A DNA stretch of 64,000 nt. Origin: Utricularia gibba (taxonomy: Eukaryota > Plantae > Magnoliophyta). Made by a program: the position numbers and the translations under genes. The notes under the pieces were generated by a model. It searched no databases. It was not told where the DNA came from and saw only the letters and a program-made list of their open reading frames with translations. The DNA lies in NCBI GenBank assembly GCA_002189035.1, contig NEEC01000011.1:1240001-1304000 (forward strand), read 5' to 3'. Of this stretch, positions 34,982-47,088 are shown piece after piece (within the stretch, counting starts at the first letter, position 1; the number at the start of each line of letters is the position of its first letter).

Positions 34982-36179
34982 ATGGCTGTAAGTTCTGTTG
35001 TATCGTTATGGTTTTGGTTTCCTTTAGTGCTTTCTGGGTATTTCGGGTTTGCGTAATGTAGATGCTACTTGAAATCCGGTAAAAGGAGAATGAATCTTAT
35101 GTTCGCTTATTTTGTGAGTTCGTAAAGCGTTTACGTTTTCCGGTGCTGAAAATTGATAGTTATGGCTATCGTAGATGATGCAGTTCTTGCATTCGAACTA
35201 TGTTACTGAGTCAGCACATTAAGAAACGAGAATCAGACGACTATTCTTGATGTAGATTTGGTTCGGTGGGGTTCATAGTGTTGTGTGGGGTTTTCTTTTA
35301 CATTTTATTTATTTAATGTGTTTCTGAGCGAGATGTTGTAGCATCAGCGAACTAGATGATTGATTTTTTACGCCTATAACATTGTTGCAGACTGTGCCTG
35401 TTAATCCGAAGCCCTTCTTGAACAACTTAACAGGGAAACCCGTGATGGTAAAACTGAAATGGGGAATGGAATATAAGGGTATTCCTTGTTTCTTCTCGTA
35501 ACCCTCTGTTTACTATCAACAGCGTCTAGTAAATTCTTTAACTCGTTTCCTCGGAGCTTCATTTTCAGGGTTTCTTGTCTCTGTGGACTCTTACATGAAC
35601 CTGCAGGTAGGGTCACAGGCAGCTTCTGCACATACTCTTATTTTCACTTGATTTCATTTGTTGTATTGTATCGCAAATACTAGATTACTTAAGTTGGATG
35701 ATAGGAGCTTGTATGTAACTGTGCGAAAAATTGAAATAAGTTCACATATGACTCCTTCATACAGCTTGCTAATGCTGAAGAATACATCGATGGGCAGTGC
35801 ACTGGAAGTCTGGGTGAAATTTTAGTCAGGTAAAAGGAAAGTGAAAAGTTCAACTACAAGGCAAAAGTCCAATGTTTTAATTCCCAGCGAGTCAAAAACT
35901 TTCTTTCAGCTCCTTTATGCTTGCATTTAGCGTGCTTGAGGCTAGTATATGAGTTTAAGCATTCTTTATGCTGTTGCTTTATGCTCGTATTAGGTGTACC
36001 TTGAGCTAACATGTAACTTGAAACTTCCTTTCCTCTGCTTTATGCTTGTAAAAGGTTCATTCCAAGGTGCAGTTTGTTTAATATCCTTTAATTATTTTCG
36101 CGGCAGGTGCAACAATGTTCTGTATCTCCGGGGAGTCCCAGAGGATGAAGACATGGAGGAGGCACCGGATCGTGACTAA
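34982..36179 (+). CDS. SmF: Small nuclear ribonucleoprotein F (SmF/RUXF), 89 aa. Exons 34982-34987, 35391-35478, 35569-35606, 35765-35829, 36107-36179
   Basis: Spliced translation [89 protein letters not shown]. All four introns are GT-AG and in phase. Confidence 0.97.
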
Positions 36180-36367
36180 TCATCTGACTACGTTCTATGC
36201 AACTTGTTTTGTGTAGCATATTCCGTCCTCCCTATTTCATGACCTGGACTTTGGTTTTATAAATATTTGCTTTGTTTGAAGCCCTTTCATTTGTCAAATG
36301 TGATACAGAATGGTAACATCTTCGGGATGCTTATAGAGGAGAATGGAAGTGGAAAGAGCAGTTCTAA

Positions 36368-36883
36368 GGCTACGTTTGCAAAGTAATTTATGTAAAAGAG
36401 AAAGGTGTTTTTAATTTCAAAAATAGATAGTACAATAGGATGAAAATTTGTTACATATGAAATGGCGAGTTTTATATATTAATATTAAATTATAAACTTG
36501 TGTTTTTATAATGTATATTAATATAATTACATTAATATTAAATGAACATAGATAAAAAATAATAATAATAATTTAATGATAAAAGTAAAATAATATAATT
36601 GAGGAGATTAATAAATGATAAAATTGATAGTTTATATTTGGAAAACATAAGTTGTTTTAAAAAATAAAATTTAACTTATTTTTCATAATTTTTTGCATCA
36701 CTTTATATTTCATTTGTCAAGATTTCTCTATATTTTTTATGGTCTTTACATATTCTGTACCAATTTAATTTTTGACGTAAATATGCATTTTGTGATATTT
36801 AGGATAATTTCACTCAATTTAGAGAGATATCATGGTCTAATTTTGGGCCTAAAAGATGCACAATTTTCAGTACAAGAGTAGGC
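36368..36883. mobile_element. Possible Tourist-like MITE, degenerate
   Basis: taa|ggctacgtttg at the left end, caagagtaggc|tta at the right end (8/11 TIR match), and an AT-rich interior. Confidence 0.3.
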
Positions 36884-38697
36884 TTAACTTGCATGGAAAA
36901 GCGAAGAATTGATGTACAAAAAATATGTTCTTTAACTTTTAAATTGAACTTTCATTTTTTTCATGCAAAATTTTCCTCTCCAATATGCTTTTGATTACTA
37001 CTGAAGTTTGAGATTACGTTTTATGTACGATATATGATGATATTTATTTTAATTGAGATTTCCAGTTAAGATAAGATTTGATTTAAGTAGGATTTTTTTA
37101 TATCGATCCATGAGATTGTAGGATGTATCTTTGGTCAAAAAGGCATCATTAACATTATAAGATTTATAACCCTATGACCCCAATTATCGTGATATGCATT
37201 TGGAAGGTTAAATTTTTTGATCAACTTATTGTAAAATACAACTTTTTTTTGTCCTAACAAAGCAAATTATATAAGATGTCAATAAGTTTTTCCCGTGAAT
37301 AACCGTAAATGTGCTGAATGTGAGAGGGAATGAGAAGAAAATATTTATATGTAATTATATGTACAATAGTATAATTTTATAACAAAAATAAAGATAATAA
37401 TAGTCTCAAAATAATGATAATTCTATATTTCAAAAGTTCTTAGTATATCCAAGCACCATAAAACCAATATTTGAAATAAAAATTTAAAATATTACACCAT
37501 TTTTCACATCATGTACCAATTATGGTATTTAATTTATCAATTAACTAAATACTTGCATATACTAGGTATCAAAAATACTCTAAAAACCTGTGGAAGAATT
37601 CAAAATTGAACTCATGCATCAAGAGAGAAATATTCAATCAAATATCATTTTCAAAATATATTTGGTCTAACCTGTTTAAGAATATATGAAAAAAATATAA
37701 GTTATCATGAGAAACAAAATAATTTTAATAACATAATTAATTATATAATCTTATTAAAATAGAGATGATGTTATAATGATCATCGAACGTTATTATTATA
37801 GAATAATACCATTAGAACGTATATAAGTGAGTTAGTTTTTAAGGTTTATCCACATACAAGCTTAAGTTTCTATATTGATGTAACATAGATATAAAAATCA
37901 TTATTTTCCAGTATTTTACACCAATCTCTATCATTTTATCGTTTATATTTATTTTGTTTTAACAATATTTGAAATAAATAATTTCTTCTAAAGATGATCT
38001 TTTTTATTATTTTGAAAGTTTCTATTTAATTGCAAAATAACCACTACTTCTAATCTACGTACACGTATCCCTAAAATACTCCATGTATGCGATATTAAAT
38101 ACGCAATATAATACATATTTGACTAGCTTGTATCTTTGCTCAATTGGCTCTAGATTTTGATACAAGTAAAAGAATTTTGATTTTAAATCCCCATCGACCA
38201 AAAAAACTATAATCATTTTTTGAAGTACAAAATTTATTCAAAATTTTATTAAAAATTTTAAAAATAATTAATTAAATTAGCTCTTTTAAAAAAATTTGAT
38301 ATTGCTTGGAGGAAAATCATTTCTATTTTACCATCTCTTATTACCTAAGGTTTTCTGCTTCTCTTTTTTCACCCCTCCTTGTTTGTAAGATTTGGACGAG
38401 TTATAATTTAGGTAAGTTTTTTTTTTATTTTGATCACTTTTTTATAAATTTGTAATATAATAATACATAGAATTTATTTTTTCTATTCTCTATCACCTCT
38501 TATTTGTTAGAGTTTCCATACCTCTTCATCGTTTCTTGTTCGGATGATTGGAATGATTTATAATTTAAGTATGTTTCTCTTAGCATGATCAGTGTTTTAG
38601 AGTTATGTTTTTTTTTTCATTATTCCATTTAATTTTTTTCTATTCAGAGATGAATAATTAATCTTATGAGAATTTTGAAGAAGAACTTAATAGTGAT

Positions 38698-40080
38698 TGA
38701 TAACACACGAATTTTTCTATTATTAGAGTAAAAAAATTATGTTTTTGAATCATGTTTTAAGTGTTTATCTTATAGTTTTTAGTATTTTTACCAAATTTTA
38801 GGATATAATGTGATTTTATGTGTTAATGTGCTAAATCCTTTGATTTAACCCATCCCATGTTATTAACATTTTGTCTAATCCAGCAGCAAAGTTCTAAAAT
38901 CAGGGAGGAGATATGAATTTCATACATGTAGAGATTTGAAAGAATGGGCAGCATTAAAAGAGGAGACATAATGTACTGTTCAGCCGTACACGGTTTGCAG
39001 GTTCAGGCCAGGAACAATACAGATGTTAGGAACATTAGACTGATTTTGAAAAATGGAAAAAATATATGAAGATATTTTTGGAGGAGGGATAAGGAAGAGA
39101 TCGCAGGCAGACCCGACGAGCAGGCTTCTCCCCCAACACGACGAGTACTGAACCAGGAGAGGATAAGAAGAACTTCATCCTCAAGAACAGCATAAGAGCC
39201 CAGTCCAGCGCTAATGTTCCGTCCGAGGAATAGTAGCAAACGGAAACCAGAACTCTTACTGCTTTATTTTCGTTTGTTGATGTTTTTCAGTTTCTACAAC
39301 CAACTCTTTCACGATGTTCTTGACATTATCGTTGCTTTATGTTAACTTTATCATGTTTTACCTTCAAAGCATGAGTAGCTAAAGCCTTAGGATATCTTAA
39401 GGTGAAGTATGGTGGTGTGTGCTTAGGATTAATAATGAAGTTTATGTTTGTTCCTTAGCTCTTATTTCTATCAAACCATGGGTAGACCTAATGAGGGGGA
39501 TAAGTAACTTCACAACTTAGATGCTTGATTTATAGATAGACTAAAAAATCAAGGAGGGGGCAGTAAGTGTTAGTTCGGGTAGAACCAGTAGAATCGGGTA
39601 GACCTAGTTCTATATGCTTTGCATACGAGTAAACCTAATTGCAATGTTGGTTATGATATTTGGGACTAGTTTAGCCGAAAATATGATGAATGACCTGGAT
39701 AGACTTAGGTTATTTGAAGTTGTGAGTGTAGGAACATGATAAATTAAATTAGGCATCTTAGTATAGCACAACCTGCAGATCCTTAAGGCATCTTCGTGTT
39801 ATTCTAAGTTAGAACCAGTACTTATTATCTTTTGCATTGAAACCTGATTCCGTTTACTGAACTTTCTTGCCACTGCTAGTCCAAGCTTAGACTAAGATCT
39901 ATTGTTATTCCGAATCATGCATTTACTAAAACACTTAGCAAGCACAAGCTCTTTGTGATCGACCCCGATATCCACTATACAAGTTTTCCAAATTTGTATT
40001 TTGTGTAGATTAGGGATTATAAATTTATTTGATAACGAAATTTCTATTTTTGCAACGATATTAGAAATTTTCGTTTATCA
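38698..40080 (+). mobile_element. Solo LTR of an Athila-type family (copy 2), 1383 bp
   Basis: Ends tgataacac...cgtttatca with a perfect TSD gtgat (38693-97, 40081-85). Confidence 0.92.
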
Positions 40081-40302
40081 GTGATGATGAGATAGAAATG
40101 TATTCTTTTTGAAATTACACTTAAAAATCATTGAAGGATTAAAAATACTATCAATGTTTCATTCGTTACAATTTTTGTAAGAAAAACTTCTAAGAGATCA
40201 TACTCAAGAATTAGAGCACATCTATGTTACTTGAAAGTATATTATATTTTATTAATCATATTTTTAGATATAATGGACTCGGTAAATTGTATTTCTCCCA
40301 AT

Positions 40303-41488
40303 TAGAGGTGGGTTCGGTTCGAACCGGAACCGTGGTCCGAACTTGGTTCGTCATAATTGAAACCGTGGAACTGACGGTTCCGACTCGTGTGTGAATCGTA
40401 TTGTTTGCTCTTCCGAACCGTGAACCGTACAGTTCAAATTAAAAAATTATAAAAATTATAAAAAATGTATATTATTTTTTACACTTTTCTAAGACACTCA
40501 TACGACGAAAGTGGGTGCCTTAAAAATCTTCTCAAACAGCTCTTTTCAGACACACTCACAACAGATGTGGGTGCTTGGAAAATGGTCTCAGGCACCCTCA
40601 TGACACACTCTCTTAAACTGTCTTAAATACTTCTACACCCATATAAGAAAAGTGAGTGCCTGGAAATGGTCTTACCCATTTTTTCCAGACATCCACATAA
40701 TGCATTGTTTTGTAGGTTCCGTCCAACTCTTTTTCTAGACACTCTCTCGAGGCACCCACATGAGGGAAGTGGGTGCCTTAAAATGGTCTTATCCACTCTT
40801 CTAAGACACCCACACAAGACATTGTTTTGTAGATACCGTCTAACTCTCTTTCCAGACAATCATACGAGTTAATGTGGATGTCTGGAAAATAGTCTAAGCG
40901 ATAGATGAATATTTTTTATTTATTGAAATTTTATTTCAATGTTTAACATGTGATTTAATTTTTTTGTAATATTTAAGATATATTAAATAATTTCATTTTG
41001 AAATATATATTCAAATGTAATATTTTAATCATTTATTTTATTTATTTAAGTCACAAATTATATTGATTTTAATTATACTTTATTGAATTATTTTATCAAT
41101 TCATTTAAATTAAGTTATTTTATAAATTAATATAATATATTTAGTTAAATACAAAAATTAATATTGTTAAATATATTGTTTGATAATATTAAAATAAAAA
41201 AATTAATAATTATTAAAAATTTTAATTCCACACATCCACAATGATTTATATGATTTATATATTGTTAAACACCTACAAACAGTAATCGCGGTTCCGGTTA
41301 CGGTTCGGTTCGCAAATTTCAGTTCCGGTTTTGAACCGAAACTGTCCGTACAGTTTCGATTTCGGTTTGGTTCAAGCTTTTGGGATACGATTCCGAACCG
41401 AAACCAGAACTGTTGGCCACGACGAACCGCGGTTTTGGAACCGTTCGGTTCCGAACCGAAACTGTACGGTTCGGCACACCCACGTGTA
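40303..41488. mobile_element. hAT-type MITE with GGTTC/GAACC subterminal arrays
   Basis: Ends tagaggtgggt / acccacgtgta (9/11), flanks ctcccaat / ctccccaat, and dense cggttc/gaaccg repeats at both ends. Confidence 0.75.
40481..40900. repeat. Array of ~20-bp motifs (gtgggtgcctkraaatggtctt and its inverse ttccagacacccaca) with a ~117-bp higher-order duplication
   Basis: Motif copies near 40511, 40568, 40652, 40769 and 40875; 40652-40760 aligns with 40769-40870. Confidence 0.6.
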
Positions 41489-42365
41489 CTCCCCAATGAG
41501 GGATTCATCCCAAGTGCTACTTCCATCGCACCATTCAAAAAAAAAGTTGCTACCTCCAGCCTGTTGTTAGGGCATTAGAGTTTGAATGTTCGACCACTTG
41601 CGTTAAAATAGTCCTGGACGGTAAGAAAGAAATCAAGGAATTAATATATCAGTGACTACTAAATGGGAAAAACAGTTGCAGAGTTTCCAGGTTAAGGATC
41701 GGTGTGGGATTTCAAATGGCGTGTGAAATAATCATTCTTATGAAGAAAGTTGACAACTTAGATTTGGTGGATGTCGTTTGGTTGTGAAGTTGCTCACCTT
41801 ATGAATCATTGATCACCAAAAAATGAAAAACATGTTCTATTGAATCATGCTATCCATCCATATTTGAAAGAAGGATGGAATTTGAGGCTTAATTTCAATA
41901 TTTCTATAAGTCATCATCATCCCCATGTAGGACCAAGCCATAAATGACACGAGCGTTAGTTATTGTTACTAGACCTTGTATAAAAGTAGCCATTCCCCAT
42001 TTCTCTCTCACACACAACGTGCACAAAATTATAGCATGGATATTTTTTTCACACATTGTTTTGACAGAAGTTATTTTCCAAAATCACTCAGAAATGATTG
42101 TCACTCCATTAACTCTATGGTCGTAGAAGCAAGACTATATGGTCGTAGAAGCAAGACTATATATGAACTGTGAATTAGCCAAGCGCTGAATGTTACAGCC
42201 TTTCCACCATACCCCATTAAGAGTTCCATATTTAGTATTGCATTCTGTCCTTTGATCCATGAGGTTCTACGCATCTTATGCAAGCAGAAAGTGTTGTGTT
42301 ACTTCACATAGTTGTGTAAGATCTAGGAACCATTCGTAAATGAATTGAGTTGCCAGCAAATGATC

Positions 42366-44630
42366 CTAATTATTGACTGTGATTCCAACAGAACCTTGCA
42401 TCTTAAAGCCCTGCACAAACTTGTGCAATTTTTCGTTCTCACCAACTGCACAAAGCCACTCTGCAAGTAGTTCCATGGTTATACAATCAGGATTACAGTC
42501 CTCTTCTCTCATTTGATCCATGAATTCAAATGCCTTCTCGTACCAATTACCTTGCTGCAGCCCTTTGAACAGAGCGTTGTACGTAACAACATTTGGCTTT
42601 ATTCCTCTCTCCTTCATATCTTCCATCAGAGAAATAGCAGCTTTCATATCATCATTCTTGCAATGAGCTTGAATCAACGTGTTGTATATTGCTGTGTTTG
42701 GAGGACACTTCGAAGATGAACACATTTCTGTGAATATCTTCATGGCTGATTCAAGATTGCCGTTTGTGCAGTATGCTTGAATTAATGCCCCAAATGTCAC
42801 AACACTAGGTGTTAAGCCGTTCTCACTCATTTTCCTCATTAGCCCAAGAGCGTTTTTGAAATCACCTTTTGCACAGCAATAAGAAAGCAATGTGTTGTAT
42901 GTAACCTGATCTGGGTTAACTCCAGCTTGCTCCATGTCTTTCACCGTCTCCCAAGCTTTATCAATTTTGTTCTTCCTGCAAAATCCACTGACTAGAATAT
43001 TGTATATCACAATGTCCAAACTGAATCCACCTTCTTTTAATTTTGCCGCCATGGACGAGGCGTCATCCATTCTTCCAGTCTTGCAGAGGCCAGAGATTAA
43101 GCTATAATACACAATGGCATCTGGAGAGCAACCTTCTTCGTGCATCTCATCAAACAAATTCAGCGCTTTGTCGATATTGTTTACGTTGCAGAAAGCTGTA
43201 ATCAGGACAGAATAAGTAACAGCATTTCCCTTGAACCCCTTCTCTTTCACAGAACTCAAAAACGCCATTGCAGCACCAACTTTGCCAAGCTTACACATTC
43301 CATCAAGCAAGGTGTTGACAGTAATTGCATTCTGCTCCACGCCTTCTTCTCTCATCTGCTCAAATAGGTCATACCCCTTTTGAAGCTCACCTACTTTGCA
43401 AAATCCATCAATCAAGCAATTGTAGGTAACTGTATTTGGCTTGCACTTGCTCTCGTATCTCATCCTCTCCATTAACTTCAGACCCTCCTCTGCCCTACCC
43501 ACTTTACATAAACCATCAATCAGCGTGTTGAAAATAACAATATCTGGCTCGATCTTCATATCTTGGTTTCCTCTTCTCACCTTATCAATCAACTCTAATG
43601 CTTCATCCACCCTTTGGAACTTGCACAAATGATTAACCATGATCCCGTAAGTCACAACACTGGATTTAATCCCATTCTCCTGCATTGCCTTCATGAGAAG
43701 GTTCATTCTCCTAAAATCGTTTCTCCGCCCTAATGCTGTTAATAAAACATTGCATGAGACAACCTCTATATCTGAACCTGATTTCATAGCCATGTGGAGA
43801 AAATTCCACGCCTTTTCATACTCTGAATTCCTACAAAACCTGGTAACAATTTGGGTCAACAAGATGCCATCTGGAGAGACACTGCATTCGTTGAAACGTA
43901 AAAGAAGAGTGTAGAGTTCCTCATCGATAACACTCCTACCACGGTGGTTCCTCTTCAAGACGGAGGAAAAAACAATACCTACAGTATTGCGATTAGGAGG
44001 GTAACAAGAAGGCCTCTGGAGCATTTCATCGAGCAGCTTGAGTGCATCATCGACACGGCCCCATTCCAACAACCCCAAAAGAACCACATTCAACACATCC
44101 GTAGTTTTCTCTCCATCATCAATTTCATCGAATACCCTCATCATTTCGTTCAGCATGTTTGCCCTCCCAAAGCATTTGATTAGGAGCGCAGCCGAATCCA
44201 CAGAAAATGAAACTTGTTTCCCCTTTGCCCATAGAAAAAGCTCGTACAACTTACCAGGAGAGTCTCGATACTCCTGCATGGCGATTCCGAGAATACAATG
44301 AAATGCAAGAGGAATCGCACTGGAAAGCTTGGAGTTAACTTTGAGACAATCCAAAAACTGGATCGCATTTCTAAAGCTCTGCAACTGGCGAGTTACACTA
44401 ATCACATCCGATAGAGAAAGAGAAGAAAGAATATTGTTAACTTTGGGGTCTGAGTGCCAGGAACTAGGATCCACGGACTGGAGAAGGGTAAGTGCATGAG
44501 AAACAACATAAGATGGTCCCCTCGGCTCTCCGTCCGACGGGAAGCGGTGGGCGACGGCAGACAGCCTTCGACCCCATGATTTTGCAGTGACGGAGTTCCA
44601 TTGTCTCAGATCCCTTGGGCAAAACCTCAT
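42366..44630 (-). CDS. P-class pentatricopeptide repeat protein, intronless, 754 aa, At3g61520-like, probably mitochondrial
   Basis: Uninterrupted ORF with tandem 35-aa PPR motifs (PDIVIFNTLIDGLCKVGR, PNTVTYNCLIDGFCKVG, PNVVTYNALF) and an Arg/Ser-rich N-terminus. First ATG at 44630 (the ORF track starts at a TTG). The orthologue assignment is from recalled sequence, not a search. Confidence 0.95.
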   Translation of the reverse strand: MRFCPRDLRQWNSVTAKSWGRRLSAVAHRFPSDGEPRGPSYVVSHALTLLQSVDPSSWHSDPKVNNILSSLSLSDVISVTRQLQSFRNAIQFLDCLKVNSKLSSAIPLAFHCILGIAMQEYRDSPGKLYELFLWAKGKQVSFSVDSAALLIKCFGRANMLNEMMRVFDEIDDGEKTTDVLNVVLLGLLEWGRVDDALKLLDEMLQRPSCYPPNRNTVGIVFSSVLKRNHRGRSVIDEELYTLLLRFNECSVSPDGILLTQIVTRFCRNSEYEKAWNFLHMAMKSGSDIEVVSCNVLLTALGRRNDFRRMNLLMKAMQENGIKSSVVTYGIMVNHLCKFQRVDEALELIDKVRRGNQDMKIEPDIVIFNTLIDGLCKVGRAEEGLKLMERMRYESKCKPNTVTYNCLIDGFCKVGELQKGYDLFEQMREEGVEQNAITVNTLLDGMCKLGKVGAAMAFLSSVKEKGFKGNAVTYSVLITAFCNVNNIDKALNLFDEMHEEGCSPDAIVYYSLISGLCKTGRMDDASSMAAKLKEGGFSLDIVIYNILVSGFCRKNKIDKAWETVKDMEQAGVNPDQVTYNTLLSYCCAKGDFKNALGLMRKMSENGLTPSVVTFGALIQAYCTNGNLESAMKIFTEMCSSSKCPPNTAIYNTLIQAHCKNDDMKAAISLMEDMKERGIKPNVVTYNALFKGLQQGNWYEKAFEFMDQMREEDCNPDCITMELLAEWLCAVGENEKLHKFVQGFKMQGSVGITVNN

Positions 44631-45009
44631 CTTCGGCACCCGCTTCGTCAACAATCACAATTTATGCAATTGGTACACTCAACTTTATTTGTCGTAATTA
44701 TAACAAAAAAATACAAAAAATCGATTTTAGGTTGAACGGATATCTTCGATTATTTAATACAAAATGATTTATCTATTGATTATTTTGGAGAACGTGAATA
44801 TTAAATAAACCAAGAGACAATTTTTTTTCTTGACATGGAATAGAATTACCGAAGGAAACCACCAGGTGGAACTCACCTTTGAATTTCAGATTTCTAATTG
44901 TTTTGCAAAATCAAATAGCATATTGATCATGGTCGTAAAGAGAAAGGATGTAGCCTCCGTAACACTTATACAAACTGTTATGATCACTGTCGATTGTAAG
45001 TCTTTGGAT

Positions 45010-47060
45010 TGAAAAATTCAGAATAATAATTTGTATTAAAGAAAGCACATTTGTCTCATCATTCAATGGTATTTATATACAAATGTCCGTTAAAAAATAA
45101 AAAAAGGAATGTGAGGGAAGTTGGAGTAGGAAGCGGTGGTAGCCATGTTGCCGCAATACTCGGTCTTGGTGGTTAGGAGCTTCACACGTGGTTTCTTTTA
45201 ACACGCCTCCTCAATCGCACCTGTCATCGAAGGTTAAGATTGTAACAAATAGCTTCCATCAATGCCTTGAACAGTGCCTTTGTAAATATGTCAGCCAGCT
45301 GATCTTTAGTGGAAATGAAGCAAACTTCCAATGCTTTGCGTGTAACTTGCCCCCGAAAAAAATGAAAATCAATTTCAACATGCTTGGTGTGAGCATGGAA
45401 GATTGGATTGGCCGTGAGATAGGTTGCACCAAGATTATCACACCACAAGATTGGTGGTTTAGTTTGAAACACGTCAAGTTCCTTCAAAAGAGCTTGTATC
45501 CAAATGAGATCAGCAATAATGTTTACAATTACCTTGTACTCAGCTTCTGTGCTGGAGCGTGATACTGTCGGTTGCTTCGTTGATTTCCATGAGACTAAGT
45601 TCTTTCCAAGAAAGATTGCAAAGCCACTAGTGGATCGTCGATCATTTGGACAACCAATCCAATCTGCATCAGAGAACGCACTAAGTTCAGTGGTGATGTT
45701 GGTAAATGTAAGACCACGATGAAGGGTCCCCTTTATGTAGCAAAGTATACGTTTCACTGCTATCCAGTGTACATCTGTTGGGTGTTGGAGATATTGACAA
45801 ACTTTGTTGACTGAAAATGATATATCTAGCCTTATGATTGTTAAGTATTGCAAACTTCCAACAATACTCCAGTATTGAAATTCTACAGTACAAACTAGAG
45901 GTGTGCCTTGATATTTTGACAACTTTTCACTCGAGGATATAGAGGTTGAGGCTGGTTTGCATTTTTCCATGTTGGCATGTTTGAGCAAATTCGAGGCATA
46001 CTGTTGTTGAGACAATAAAAGGTTTCCTTGAGCTGAAGTAACCTGAATCCCCAAGAAATATTCAAGGGACCCCAAACCTTTTTTGGCAAATGAGGTGCGT
46101 AGGTTTGAGATAAGCTTTGTTGTGGTGTTGTCACATGAACTTACTATGATGATATCATCGACATATATGAGCATATGCATGACGAGTCCACCTTGCTAAA
46201 AAATATATAGAGATGTATCCGCCTGGAAGGGAATAAAGCCTAAAGGGAGAAGTTTGCTTGTCAAACAAGTGCCTGCTTTAGGCCATAGAGAGATTTGATC
46301 AACTTGTATATATAATTAGATGAAGCATGCAGATCTGTATAACCTGGGGGTTGGCGCATATATATGTCTTCTTTGAGAAGATCATGGAGAAAGGCATTCT
46401 GAATGTTGATTTGGCATAAGCTCCAGCCCTTAGAAATAACAAGAGAAAGTATGATTCTTATGGTGGTTGGCTTGACAACAGGGCTGTAGGTGTCAAAATA
46501 ATCAACTCCAAATCGTTGTTTGAATCCCTTTGCAACCAACCGGGCTTTGCATCTATCAATAGAGCCATTGGCCTTTCATTTGAGTTTAAAGACCCATTTG
46601 CTATCAATCAAGTTGATTCCTTGCTTTGGTGGAATAAGCATTCAGGTGTGGTTGCATAGGAGTACATAGTACTTGTCATCCATCGCTTGTTTCCACTCAG
46701 GTTAGGCCATGGCTTGAATATAATTAGTTGGTTAAACAATGGTGACCGTGAGAGCAATAGCCACATATCGAACAGTCCCATCTGTGAATTCTTTTGGCTT
46801 TGAAATATTATTTTGGAGCCGTGTGTGCATTGTACGTGTAGGTAATGCAACAGCAGGTTGTACAATGGTGTCTAATGCAATGGGTTCGACAGAGGAACCA
46901 GGAGATCCTGCAAAATCAATAGAACCAGAGACATGAAGTGGTGAGGGACAGATTTGTCTATTGTTAGCATAATCCTCATTCATTGCTAGGCTGTTGGAAG
47001 GTGAAATAAGAGTTGCTTCACTATATTGAATAGAAGAGGAGGGTAGTCATTGAAATAAGG
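45010..47060 (-). mobile_element. 5'-truncated Ty1/Copia retrotransposon (short-LTR, Ale/Retrofit-like): RT-RNaseH remnant, PPT and 3' LTR
   Basis: [103 protein letters not shown] gattgaggaggcg at 45204-45216 (-) and a TG..CA LTR at 45010-45203. Confidence 0.9.
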
Positions 47061-47088
47061 GTTGGAGTCTTACAAGTCTAACTCAATT

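Noticed and set aside
38125-38200. tRNA/SINE-like A- and B-box remnants (also near 250-330)
   Set aside because: Boxes are degenerate, there is no cloverleaf, and no TSD or tail could be defined.
42058-42080. ttgacagaag, the start of miR156/157
   Set aside because: Only 10 nt match, and there is no complementary arm.
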